A DNA stretch of 35,993 nt from NCBI GenBank assembly GCA_037143195.1, contig JBAWZD010000005.1, positions 1 through 35,993 on the forward strand. The letters run 5' to 3'. Below are positions 17,154-26,417 of this stretch, piece by piece; positions within the stretch are counted from its first letter, which is position 1, and every line of letters starts with the position of its first letter. The stretch is from a bacterium (lineage in GTDB: Bacteria > Patescibacteriota > Minisyncoccia > Phycocordibacterales > UBA9973). The notes under the pieces are model-generated. The model did not search any database. It saw nothing but the letters and a program-made list of their open reading frames with translations, and was not told where the DNA came from. A program made the translations under genes and the position numbers.

Positions 17154-18876
17154 AATGTTCAGTACTTTCCTGCGAATTATACATCTGCACGTATTCAGGT
17201 GACGTCGCAAGCAATTCCTTGTGCGTGCCACGAGCAATAATCTCCCCTTCCATCAACACAAGAATCTGGTCATAGTCTTCAACAGAAGCAATTTTTTGTG
17301 TCACCGAAATCAGTGTGAGCGCCGGATAATTCTTTCGGACATTCTCAAGAATTTTCTTTTCTGTTCGTGTGTCCACCCGCGCGGTAAAATCATCGAGCAA
17401 CAAAATCTTTGGATCAAGCGCGAGCGCACGTGCGAGCATCACGCGTTGCTTTTGTCCGCCAGACAAACTCGTGCCACGCTCACTCACAAGCGTCTCAAGT
17501 CCTTGTGGCAATGCATCGACGAAATCTCCAAGTTCTGCCGTATCAATCGCCTTTTTCAAATTGGCTTCCGTAACACCAGATCCAAACGCGACGTTCTCAC
17601 GAAGCGAAAGATTGAACATAATACTGTCCTGAAACACGAGTCCAACCTGCGCATGAAGTCGGGCCTTGTCGTATTCACGAATGTCTTTGTCATCATAAAA
17701 AATATCTCCCTTGGTCGGTAGAATAAGCCCCGTAATGACGGAAAGGAGCAATGTCTTCCCCGCAGCTGTTGGACCAATGATTGCCGTACGCGTCCCTGGT
17801 TTGGCTTCAAGCGAAACGTCACGAAGCGTATCCTTGTCTCCATACGTGAGCGTAATATTGCGAAGCGCGACATCTCCACGCAATGTTGCCGTGATAGTTC
17901 CCCCGCTCTTCTTGTCTGGAGCATCGAGCACGGCGAGAATACGTCCATATGAAGCACTCGCTTGAGCGATAACAGTCGACATAAATCCGAGAATAATGAT
18001 CGGGAAAATCAAAATAGCGAGATAACTGTTGAACGCAGTGAACGACCCGAGGGACATCGATCCTGCAATCACAAAATGTCCACCAAGAAGCACGATCCCG
18101 AGTGTCGCAATATTTGTACAAAACGAAATGATCGGAATCAAACTCGCAAAGAGATTGAGCACTCCGAGACTAATATTTCGCGCCTCAGTATTCGCCTTCA
18201 AAAATTTCTGGTATTCATACTGCTGTGCGTTCACGAGACGAATGAGCGCTGAGCCAAGAATACTTTCATTGATGACCTTGTTGAGCCAATCAATCGCCAT
18301 TTGTGAGCGCACGAAGAGTTTGCGGACTTTGCTAAAAATGAAAAAGAACACGAGGCCAATAATTGGCACCACCGCAAGTACAAGCAGCGCGAGACGCCAA
18401 TTCGTCAGAATGAGTAACGTACTCGCCCCAAAAATAAGAACGATTGATGAGACGACCTGCGCGACTGCTTGAGCGACGAAGTTCTTGACTGCGTCAGCAT
18501 CACTCGTCAGATTCGTGAGCAATTTTGATGGACCAACAGCATCAATGTACGCATATTCCTGATGCGAAATTTTGTCGGCGGTTTTCTTTCGGAGGTCTCG
18601 CGCTACGCGCTCGGCCGCAAGCGTCTGCACAATACTCTGCGCATATGTCGCAAGAAAAATACATCCGGCAACAATGCCGAATTCGAGCAAGAGATGAGAA
18701 ATGACGAGACTATGCTTGGCAAATCCGTCAATCGCGCTCGCGATGATCTTGGGCACAAACAAGTTCAAACCGTTCGCCAAAACAGTAAAAAGCACCAGCA
18801 AAAACACCATCCCCTTGTATTCCTTGAGGAGCCCAAAAAGGTTCGGCTTTGACTGCTGTGGCGCTTTTGGTGGCAT
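17137..18876 (-). CDS. ABC exporter half-transporter (TMD+NBD), degenerate-site subunit of a TM287/288-type heterodimer
   Basis: GPTAAGKT, LSGGQKQR, Walker B ILLLDD (E to D), H-loop VTQK (H to Q). Confidence 0.92.
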   Translation of the reverse strand: MPPKAPQQSKPNLFGLLKEYKGMVFLLVLFTVLANGLNLFVPKIIASAIDGFAKHSLVISHLLLEFGIVAGCIFLATYAQSIVQTLAAERVARDLRKKTADKISHQEYAYIDAVGPSKLLTNLTSDADAVKNFVAQAVAQVVSSIVLIFGASTLLILTNWRLALLVLAVVPIIGLVFFFIFSKVRKLFVRSQMAIDWLNKVINESILGSALIRLVNAQQYEYQKFLKANTEARNISLGVLNLFASLIPIISFCTNIATLGIVLLGGHFVIAGSMSLGSFTAFNSYLAILIFPIIILGFMSTVIAQASASYGRILAVLDAPDKKSGGTITATLRGDVALRNITLTYGDKDTLRDVSLEAKPGTRTAIIGPTAAGKTLLLSVITGLILPTKGDIFYDDKDIREYDKARLHAQVGLVFQDSIMFNLSLRENVAFGSGVTEANLKKAIDTAELGDFVDALPQGLETLVSERGTSLSGGQKQRVMLARALALDPKILLLDDFTARVDTRTEKKILENVRKNYPALTLISVTQKIASVEDYDQILVLMEGEIIARGTHKELLATSPEYVQMYNSQESTEHYELQA

Positions 18877-18918
18877 CGTGTGTGCAGTATACAGAAAAGC
18901 CCACCAGATTGATAGTTG

Positions 18919-19797
18919 CTATTTCGTCTCTGAAGCCGCGATGAGTTGCTGCAAGAGGTCCCCTGTTTTCTGAATGTTACTATCAAGGAAAAGCACTTTT
19001 GCGTTTGTTGAAGTACCAACAGATTTCAACGTATCGAGATACTGTGTGAGCGAAAGTGTGGCGAGAATCTCGTTTGAAGATTGCTTAGTCGCCTGTTGCA
19101 TAATTTCAATCGAAACTTTCAAACCTTCAGCGATGGCTTGTCGCTCAAGCGCGATACCCTCTCCTTGCAAACGCTTGCGCTCGCGTTCTGCTTCAGCCTC
19201 TTTGATTGCTTGTACTTTGAATGCCTCACCTTTGTTTTCAGCTGCCTTGCGGAGCTGTTCGGACGCGACGACTTCTGACATTGCATTCGTGATAGTTTCT
19301 GGGAATGTGACGTTCGTAATTTGAAAACCAATAATCACAATACCCCAATGACCAAACTGAATCGAAAGATCGCTCGTGATGTGTTGCGCGAGCTCTTCTT
19401 TCTTTTCGAGAATACTCTGATGTGTTTCTTTCGCAATGTAGGTGCGGAGCGAATTCTCAACGAGCGCGGCGATTGATTCCTGACGATTCTCGAGTGTGTA
19501 GACATATTTCTTCACGCCATCGAGACTTGGATCAGCTGCGTACAAAAGATTGGTGCCGATGGTGACGATGACTTTGTCGCCTGAAGGATATTGTCCGACG
19601 AGAGCGAAGTTCTGCTGACGGAGTGTGACTCGCTCGCGAATGCGTTCGAAGAGCGGAACTTTCCACTGCAATCCAGCGGAGATTGTTCGGCGGTATTTAC
19701 CGAACATTTCGGTCACAGCGACAGTACTCTGTCCGATCGTTCGAAAGCCAGACAAGAAGATGAGCACAAGGAGCACGATAATAAAAGTAAGGGTCAT
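18919..19797 (-). CDS. SPFH/Band 7 domain membrane protein
   Basis: N-terminal TM, EMFGKY....GL.WKVP..E, C-terminal AE-rich coiled coil (RKRLQGEGIALERQAI..GL), QYLDTL. Confidence 0.93.
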   Translation of the reverse strand: MTLTFIIVLLVLIFLSGFRTIGQSTVAVTEMFGKYRRTISAGLQWKVPLFERIRERVTLRQQNFALVGQYPSGDKVIVTIGTNLLYAADPSLDGVKKYVYTLENRQESIAALVENSLRTYIAKETHQSILEKKEELAQHITSDLSIQFGHWGIVIIGFQITNVTFPETITNAMSEVVASEQLRKAAENKGEAFKVQAIKEAEAERERKRLQGEGIALERQAIAEGLKVSIEIMQQATKQSSNEILATLSLTQYLDTLKSVGTSTNAKVLFLDSNIQKTGDLLQQLIAASETK

Positions 19798-19864
19798 AAA
19801 TAATGGGCGTCAGCTAATTGATAATCCTCACCAAGAGTACTCCTTTTTATAAAAGATTCAAGGC

Positions 19865-20887
19865 TTAGTTTCCTCCTTTCATCCACTGTCTCACTTGCTC
19901 AATTTTCAACTTCATTTTCTTGTCACGCTGAGGAAAACCAAGAATTTCACACACGCCATGTACTACCAATTCCTGATTATTCATGTTGTGGTACATAGCC
20001 TCTGCGATATTCTTTAATAGTGCAGGATTCCTCTGATATGTATCCTTTGCTGCTGGTTCGGTCGCAAGAATTTCAAAGATGGTCTCAGCCGACATGCTCG
20101 ACGCAACACGAGAAAAGACTCCTTTGAGGAACAATCGTACTGAATCCTCTCGTGCCTGTGATTCTTCTCTACAAACCTCTTCAAGAGAACTGACGTCAGC
20201 GTCCGAAAGCATTCCTATCTTCGCAAGCTCGTGCAAATCCGCCATATCACGGGCTCTATCATTATGAAGTTTAAAATATGCGACTTTCGCAGGATGAGAG
20301 GCATGAATTTCTGTTCCTTGAAATTGTGTCGTTTGAAATTCAAACCATTCACGTGGGAGGGTGGTGCCACCGAGTCCGACAGGTTCACCTGCTTGGTCGC
20401 GATTTATAACATGTACATCTATAAAATTTAGATGCTTGTCCTTGGTCACAAAACCCTTGTCGTCAATCGCGATAATCATCAACTCGCCAAGAGAGAGCGA
20501 ACGTCCTGTATCCGTCTTTATCCTCTCCATAACAACTCGACTCTTGGGGTCATTCAGATCTTTCGGGTAATTTAAGAAAAGTCCGTATCCATTTTGTTCT
20601 AAGTGCTTATGTATTTTTGTAATCTCGTTTTTTTCTATAGAAATATCAACATCCTTATGGATACCAATATACGAACCTTTCATAAAAGAAATAGTGCGCG
20701 CTCCGTCAAGTACCCACCGTATATGACTCCCTTCGAACAGCTTCCCGAGTGCAACAAGTTGCGCGTCCATCGATTGCTTTTTTTCTTGCGTTGGAACTTC
20801 TCGAACCGCGTCTACGGGCATATCAACAAGCGCTTCCCTCTCTTCAAGCGAAATACTATTATTTGTATTTTCTCTTATCTGCTCCAT
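19865..20887 (-). CDS. Nucleotidyltransferase-fold protein (ANT(2'')/Lnu-like motif) with C-terminal helical extension
   Basis: WVLDGARTISFMKGSYIGIHKDVDI resembles W..GG......G...R.H.D.D; third Asp in FIDVH; K...RARD..D motif. Confidence 0.65.
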   Translation of the reverse strand: MEQIRENTNNSISLEEREALVDMPVDAVREVPTQEKKQSMDAQLVALGKLFEGSHIRWVLDGARTISFMKGSYIGIHKDVDISIEKNEITKIHKHLEQNGYGLFLNYPKDLNDPKSRVVMERIKTDTGRSLSLGELMIIAIDDKGFVTKDKHLNFIDVHVINRDQAGEPVGLGGTTLPREWFEFQTTQFQGTEIHASHPAKVAYFKLHNDRARDMADLHELAKIGMLSDADVSSLEEVCREESQAREDSVRLFLKGVFSRVASSMSAETIFEILATEPAAKDTYQRNPALLKNIAEAMYHNMNNQELVVHGVCEILGFPQRDKKMKLKIEQVRQWMKGGN

Positions 20888-21012
20888 ACAGCAATACTAC
20901 CTAACTTTTTTTATGCGGTCCATTCTGAATCCAAACTTTCAGCACCAGTTACAATAAAGTTTCAGAGAAAATTTCATTACCTTATTTCTAGATACTTGGG
21001 TTGAATCCCACG

Positions 21013-22221
21013 CTATAACCCCGTTCCTAGAATAGTGCCCGCATATCCTCCGGATGTTTTATCGATACGAATATATACAAGTTTATTATGTATCCATCCG
21101 TCTGCACCCTCCTCTCCGTTCCCAGCAAGCCATGTAGTCTGAATTTGTTGGCTAACGTTATTGTTGAGTTTAATAGAATAATCGATGCTCACGATAAAAG
21201 ATTTTTCAATATCTTTTGGAAATATGTTTTTGAAAAACTCTACTGGACGTCCATCAGAATCCGAAACCAAACCTGCATTATCAGCAACGAACTTGATTTC
21301 ATTAATTTCATGATCTGCGACTCCTCCAATTTGAGAAATTTCTTCTTCAATTATTTTTTCTGTGACAGGTGTGGCAATTTGAACATATTCTGAGGAGGAT
21401 TGATTTGCACATATGTCCCCGAAAGCAGGAACCCATGAATCACCTTTTTTCTCTACTACTCCTCCTCCAGTACTATTTTGAGTAAACACATCCATAACTG
21501 CTACCATTTTCATCTTTTGTCCATCGCCACAATACGGACTCGGCGAAGCCGGATAAAGAACAGAAAAATATTTTCTTCCGTCTGGAAAATCATATGGAAC
21601 TCGATCTGCCACAGCATCAATGAACGGCGCTTGTTCTTTATAACTTGATTTATAAGCACTTGAGTCACCACAAACTACTATTCCAGTAAAATTCGGAATA
21701 GGTGTTTCACCCATTATCCCGTGAACAGGCTCTCGAATATCAAAGCGGCAACGCACTCCTGTTATCGGCGCATACCATGCGGCCGAATAGATCGCATTAG
21801 GAGCGATCTTGGTCTCAAGCGTATTTGACTGACTTTTTTCAAACAAGAATCCGTTTCGACGAAAATAGGCTGTCACATCCATTATAGCTTTCAGTGACTC
21901 AGGAGAGGTCGTGAGCACTTGCAGATTGCCGAGACCGTCAGGTTCCGGAATATTCTCTGGGTTTGGGATGACAAATTCAAAAGAGCTAAACGGAGCGATC
22001 CAGACTGCTAGATGTCCGGAGTAGACCCACCACAATGGAGACATATCATCAAAAGGAAAACTATCGGACGGTTGATAATTTTCATTCAATAAGTGTCCTT
22101 TGAGAGTTTCGGTCACAAGTGCCGCAGTATGCGAATGTACGTACGTGCGATAAGCCCAGATTCCCGACCCTATCACAAGAAGTATGCCAACGCTGAGGCA
22201 CAGAAGCTTATATTTTTTCAT
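21013..22221 (-). CDS. Hypothetical membrane-anchored exported protein
   Basis: 402-aa ORF, N-terminal KK plus TM helix, own -10 box (TAGAAT), AT-richer than core genes. Confidence 0.8.
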   Translation of the reverse strand: MKKYKLLCLSVGILLVIGSGIWAYRTYVHSHTAALVTETLKGHLLNENYQPSDSFPFDDMSPLWWVYSGHLAVWIAPFSSFEFVIPNPENIPEPDGLGNLQVLTTSPESLKAIMDVTAYFRRNGFLFEKSQSNTLETKIAPNAIYSAAWYAPITGVRCRFDIREPVHGIMGETPIPNFTGIVVCGDSSAYKSSYKEQAPFIDAVADRVPYDFPDGRKYFSVLYPASPSPYCGDGQKMKMVAVMDVFTQNSTGGGVVEKKGDSWVPAFGDICANQSSSEYVQIATPVTEKIIEEEISQIGGVADHEINEIKFVADNAGLVSDSDGRPVEFFKNIFPKDIEKSFIVSIDYSIKLNNNVSQQIQTTWLAGNGEEGADGWIHNKLVYIRIDKTSGGYAGTILGTGL

Positions 22222-22382
22222 TATTGAATTCTAGCCTAAATATCCATATTTCAAAAATTAGCACTGTCAGCCAATTTATTTGAAAGTATATGCCGTTGGC
22301 TCTTTTTTCTACGCGCGGGCCACTCGGGATTCAAACTTTCGATTTCAAGCACCGTAAGGGTTTCTTAGAAAATCTTGATGAC

Positions 22383-22799
22383 TTATTTTGATACACTCGG
22401 GTCGCTATCACTTTTATTCAACTCCCACAGTTTCCAATAAACATCATTTGATTCAACTGGAGATTTTGGTATTCTGTTCAATTTTTTATAAATATTTTCT
22501 TGTATTTCAAGAGCATCAGTCCACGCATACTTTTCATCAAAAATTTTACCATCGTGGCCGAGTAATTGAGAAAAAATATAGGTTTCGATAGTGATTTCTG
22601 GCGTAGTGACTACCACACTATCAATCCAAGAATAAGTTGTATCAGTATGTTGGTTGTCTATATAACTTTCCATTCGCAAGGGACTCTCGCGAAGAGTGAT
22701 TTTTACTTTTGCTGATAAATATTGCAAAAAATAATTAAGCCTATTTTCATAGCTAGTAACATCTTCTTCGTTTGGTTTTTCTTCAAAAAATTTAGTCAT
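22383..22799 (-). CDS. Hypothetical protein
   Basis: 138-aa AT-rich ORF starting 1 nt after the upstream gene's stop. Confidence 0.7.
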   Translation of the reverse strand: MTKFFEEKPNEEDVTSYENRLNYFLQYLSAKVKITLRESPLRMESYIDNQHTDTTYSWIDSVVVTTPEITIETYIFSQLLGHDGKIFDEKYAWTDALEIQENIYKKLNRIPKSPVESNDVYWKLWELNKSDSDPSVSK

Positions 22800-22800
22800 A

Positions 22801-23262
22801 TTAGTTTTCCATGTATGGCTTAATGAAATTATTAAACTTATTTACATCAAATTTTTCACTTCTGGAGTTAGGGTAATCGCAAGAATCCATTTTAGAATCC
22901 ACAGTATAAGAACTACAGAGAGCTATGTATGTACCGTGTTCATAGGCGTCGCTCAATCGATAATTTTCTCCGCCAGCTCCAACACCACTAACGACAATAT
23001 AGCATTTACCCGTTTTGTTATCATAATGATTTTTATAAGTGTAATTACTTATACCACCACTAGGATTACTCCAATCATTCGCAAAAACTTTTTCTGCTTG
23101 AGATGAACATTTTGCTTCCAAATCTACACTAGAAGTACTAGTTGTTTCAGAAACAGTGTTTTGTCGAGATGGGTTTAATACTAAATACAAAATAACAATT
23201 ATCAAAATACCTAGACCAAAGATACATATTTTAAACCAATTTTGTCTCAAGATTTTTTCCAT
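22801..23262 (-). CDS. Hypothetical membrane-anchored Cys-containing exported protein
   Basis: N-terminal TM, LEAKCSSQA...YKNHYDNKTGKCY; -10 TAAAAT 6 nt before ATG. Confidence 0.8.
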   Translation of the reverse strand: MEKILRQNWFKICIFGLGILIIVILYLVLNPSRQNTVSETTSTSSVDLEAKCSSQAEKVFANDWSNPSGGISNYTYKNHYDNKTGKCYIVVSGVGAGGENYRLSDAYEHGTYIALCSSYTVDSKMDSCDYPNSRSEKFDVNKFNNFIKPYMEN

Positions 23263-23324
23263 ATAACCATTTTAGCTTATATCCGAGAATTAAGGTACTC
23301 GGGTCTACCGATACTAAATACTCA

Positions 23325-23414
23325 TGGCGGAGAGGGGGAGATTCGAACTCCCGGTGCCCTTTCGGACACACAACCTTTCCAGGGTTGCCGTTTAAACCGC
23401 TCACGCACCTCTCC
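23325..23414 (-). tRNA. tRNA-Ser(GGA) with encoded CCA
   Basis: GGAGAGG/CCTCTCC acceptor stem plus GCCA, CAACC-CTGGAAA-GGTTG anticodon arm, long variable arm GTGTCCGAAAGGGCAC, GGGAG-TTCGAAT-CTCCC T arm. Confidence 0.97.
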
Positions 23415-23457
23415 AAAGATGCGCAATCAATCTACCATATTGGCGCACGTTCGTACA

Positions 23458-23485
23458 CCGCGAGCAGTCGCTATGCAGCGACGAC
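23458..23485. repeat. 28-bp direct repeat, copy 1 (ccgcgagcagtcgctatgcagcgacgac)
   Basis: Exact match to 24323-24350. Confidence 0.95.
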
Positions 23486-23496
23486 AACTTACCCAG

Positions 23497-23530
23497 AAAA
23501 ACGAAAAGCGCCTCGTGGGCGCTTTTCGTT
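23497..23530 (-). terminator. Intrinsic terminator after ORF 23545-24210
   Basis: AACGAAAAGCGCC-tcgtg-GGCGCTTTTCGTT hairpin with a U tract on the minus strand. Confidence 0.85.
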
Positions 23531-23544
23531 AGCTACTTTTTTAA

Positions 23545-24210
23545 TTAGATAATTCCAAAAACATTACGCATAAATTCCTTGAATTTTTTAGTATTAGTTT
23601 TATTGTTTACGTAGTCTGCTCGCTCACTAGAGAATTCTTCCGCTTGTTTTTTGAGTTCCGCTTTCAAATCTTCTGCTTTTTGAATGTCTCCCTTTTCAGC
23701 AGCTTCAAGAATTTCAAGGTTAAGTTTCTTTACGTATTCAACCGAAGCCTCACCTACAAGCTCCGAACTATCTGCTACATATTCTTGCACTTTTTTTACA
23801 AATGCTTCTAATTCTGCTTTCCTTTCTTCAAGTTTTACTAAAAAATCTTCTTGTGTCTTTAGCTCCGCCTTCAAATTCATCATCCCAACAGGGCTTTCCT
23901 TTTTTAAATCGACGTCACTAACAGATACACTATTAAAATCGTTTGTAATTGCTAATTGTGCCTTAAGTTGCTCGATTTTATTTTTGCAAATCTTGATATT
24001 TCTTTCAATTTTTTGTGCTTCACGACCATGGGGGTCTTTGCCTACTCGAAGATCAAACTGAAAAGGATTGTGAGCATCCATGCTCACATTAGCACCAAGG
24101 AGACTTTTACTCCCGTCGGTTTTCAGTCCACCTACTTCGTCTTTCATTGCATTTCTCGTTTTGTTTGCCAGCTCTTCTGCTGTCATATTTTCGAAATTTT
24201 CTTTAGGCAT
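23545..24210 (-). CDS. Hypothetical K/E-rich coiled-coil protein
   Basis: 221-aa AT-rich ORF with heptad-like K/E/L composition; upstream TTGTGA-N16-TATAAT (24294-24267) and downstream terminator. Confidence 0.85.
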   Translation of the reverse strand: MPKENFENMTAEELANKTRNAMKDEVGGLKTDGSKSLLGANVSMDAHNPFQFDLRVGKDPHGREAQKIERNIKICKNKIEQLKAQLAITNDFNSVSVSDVDLKKESPVGMMNLKAELKTQEDFLVKLEERKAELEAFVKKVQEYVADSSELVGEASVEYVKKLNLEILEAAEKGDIQKAEDLKAELKKQAEEFSSERADYVNNKTNTKKFKEFMRNVFGII

Positions 24211-24322
24211 TTTAAAATTTAATTACGTATTAATAATAACTTAACGTAGGCGCAACACACTGGCAAATTATATAATAAAATGCAGTAATCACAAATAAGG
24301 GAACCCTAGTCGGTCGAATTCG

Positions 24323-24350
24323 CCGCGAGCAGTCGCTATGCAGCGACGAC
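24323..24350. repeat. 28-bp direct repeat, copy 2 (overlaps the last codons and stop of ORF 24336-25001)
   Basis: Exact match to 23458-23485; contains the VVAA* codons on the minus strand. Confidence 0.95.
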
Positions 24351-25001
24351 TTCTGCCTCTACGACGACGGTCTCTGCCTCCTTTTCGGATGATGCTTCTT
24401 CGGTCTTTACTTCAGGCATACTTGCGAGCTTTTTGTACATGAGTGCAAACGCGATCACGGTGAGTGGAACCGTAAAGAACAATCCAACGATCAAACACAA
24501 TACTCCGGCAATGTTGATAGCGGCCGCGAGGAATACACATTCAAGGATCTGCCAACGCTTCCCTTTCGTCATTGCACGACTCTTTTTCAAAATTTGAATT
24601 GGGGTGTGTGCTGTTTCAATGGCAAGGTATTTTGCAGGGAACAATTGCAAAGCGGCGATGACACCCGGCACGAGCAACAAGAAAAATCCGATGTAGATAA
24701 TTATTTTTACTATCACGAATGTGGCAATAAAGAATCCTACTTTTTTGAGTGTAATTTTCTTTTCAAATGAACTGAATGAAAAATGTTTCTTTTCCGCATA
24801 GCCAAGAGCCATACTTGTCGTCACAAATGCGAATATGGTCGAGACCACGACAGACAAAAAGAGATTATTCTTTACAAGAAAATCGAGCACGGCAGAAATG
24901 AAGAGGACAACACAAAACTGACCGAGGACAAGCCAGAGTCGTGGCTTCATGATGGCGTAGGCTTCTTTGAACACAGATTTTGCGCTGAGTGTATTTTGCA
25001 T
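24336..25001 (-). CDS. Integral membrane protein (DUF975-like)
   Basis: GFFLLLVPGVI, LKKS..MTKG.RW, G.LCLIVGLFFTVP....FA..Y pattern. Confidence 0.8.
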   Translation of the reverse strand: MQNTLSAKSVFKEAYAIMKPRLWLVLGQFCVVLFISAVLDFLVKNNLFLSVVVSTIFAFVTTSMALGYAEKKHFSFSSFEKKITLKKVGFFIATFVIVKIIIYIGFFLLLVPGVIAALQLFPAKYLAIETAHTPIQILKKSRAMTKGKRWQILECVFLAAAINIAGVLCLIVGLFFTVPLTVIAFALMYKKLASMPEVKTEEASSEKEAETVVVEAEVVAA

Positions 25002-25022
25002 AGGTACTTCTAGCCTACCCTA

Positions 25023-25925
25023 TTATTTCGTTCCGAGCAACGCCCGAATGCGCTCCGCTATCGGTGGGTGTGTCATAAACAGCTTCGAAATCCATGGCGT
25101 CTTTTTGCCACCGGTAGGGTCTGCGATATACAAGTGCGCAATCGCGCTTGATTGATGGCGAAGTGGCTCCGCGTAATTGCCAATCTTGGTAAGTGCGTTC
25201 GCAAGTCCTTCTGGGTAGCGAGTAAGGAGTGCTCCACTCGCATCAGCCAAGAATTCACGCTTGCGTGAGATAGCGAGCTGCATGAGTGTACCAATGATCG
25301 GCGCGAGGATAGCAAACACAATCCCGACGATCATGAGAATACTGCCTGCATTCCCCTCTCGATCATCACTTCGGCGATTCATTCCTCCCCACCACAAACT
25401 ACGCATAAATACGTCGGAGATAATAGAAATAAATCCAACGAGCACCACGACGACAGTCGAGACGAGCATGTCGCGATTGCCGATGTGTGAGAGTTCGTGC
25501 GCAATGACACCTTCGAGTTCTGAACGATCAAGGATAGCGAGCAATCCTGACGTCGCACAGACAACGGCGTGATTTTTGTCACGACCTGTCGCGAATGCGT
25601 TTGGTGCAGGATCTTCGACGACGTAAACTTTTGGCATCGGAAGTCCTGCTGTAATTGAAAGATTTTCAACGACTGTATACAAATCAAAATACTGCTCTCG
25701 TGTCGCAAGCTTCGCTCCAGAAAGTTTGATCACAACAGTGTCCGAATACCAATACGAAACGATCTGCAAGATTACCGCAAAGAGCGCGAAGAATACCAGA
25801 ATATTTGGATTCTGAAAGTAGAGTGAGAAAAACCACCCGAGCGCAATCACAAGCAGGAACACGCCGGCCATGATGAGCCATGTTTTTGTCACGTTTTTTG
25901 ATGCTTCAGTATAGAGAGATGCCAT
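25023..25925 (-). CDS. htpX: Membrane zinc metalloprotease HtpX (M48)
   Basis: PNAFATG, ELEGVIAHELSH, SRKREFLAD, LFMTHPPIAERI. Confidence 0.96.
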   Translation of the reverse strand: MASLYTEASKNVTKTWLIMAGVFLLVIALGWFFSLYFQNPNILVFFALFAVILQIVSYWYSDTVVIKLSGAKLATREQYFDLYTVVENLSITAGLPMPKVYVVEDPAPNAFATGRDKNHAVVCATSGLLAILDRSELEGVIAHELSHIGNRDMLVSTVVVVLVGFISIISDVFMRSLWWGGMNRRSDDREGNAGSILMIVGIVFAILAPIIGTLMQLAISRKREFLADASGALLTRYPEGLANALTKIGNYAEPLRHQSSAIAHLYIADPTGGKKTPWISKLFMTHPPIAERIRALLGTK

Positions 25926-25931
25926 AGTATT

Positions 25932-26393
25932 TTATTGGATAACAATAGGAACGTCGATATATTTATCTTTCTCAGGATCACCTGAAGGGTTGTCATTTTT
26001 CAAACGAATATATCCAGGGCCCGCGAGCGCGCTTGTCGTGTCGACTGTCGCAGTAAACGACACTGCATCTGCCGTGAGCCAATTGCTCGTCGCATCAAGT
26101 GAAAACGAATTGAGGATTTTTTTGTTTTCATCAAGGAGCACTCCCTGAGCCTTGCCTTCAAAAAAATATACTCCTTTTATTTCCCCCGTGATTGTCGCAA
26201 CGTCAGTGATGGTCGCCCCTGGTGTAATCGAGAGCGAAACGAGATCCGCGACATCCCCCGAAACGCCACTCGTGCTACTCATATTTGAGGCCGAACCCCC
26301 GACAAAAAAATGAACATATCCGTACACACACAAGCCGATGAGAGCACTAATGCCTAGGATGAGTATGATTATTTTTCGGGAAGGATGTTTCAT
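25932..26393 (-). CDS. Membrane-anchored Gmad2-like immunoglobulin-domain protein
   Basis: N-terminal TM; ITGEIKG.YFFEG, NWLT...V.F, L.NDNPSG motif. Confidence 0.75.
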   Translation of the reverse strand: MKHPSRKIIILILGISALIGLCVYGYVHFFVGGSASNMSSTSGVSGDVADLVSLSITPGATITDVATITGEIKGVYFFEGKAQGVLLDENKKILNSFSLDATSNWLTADAVSFTATVDTTSALAGPGYIRLKNDNPSGDPEKDKYIDVPIVIQ

Positions 26394-26417
26394 CGAAGGG
26401 TTCTCAAATCATGCTGA

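Noticed and set aside
17154-17237. Extended start of the second ABC subunit
   Set aside because: Deep overlap with the partner gene; ATG 17153 gives a normal short overlap.
20997-21012. tgggttgaatccca as a tRNA gene
   Set aside because: Only a T-arm-like mini-hairpin; no cloverleaf around it.
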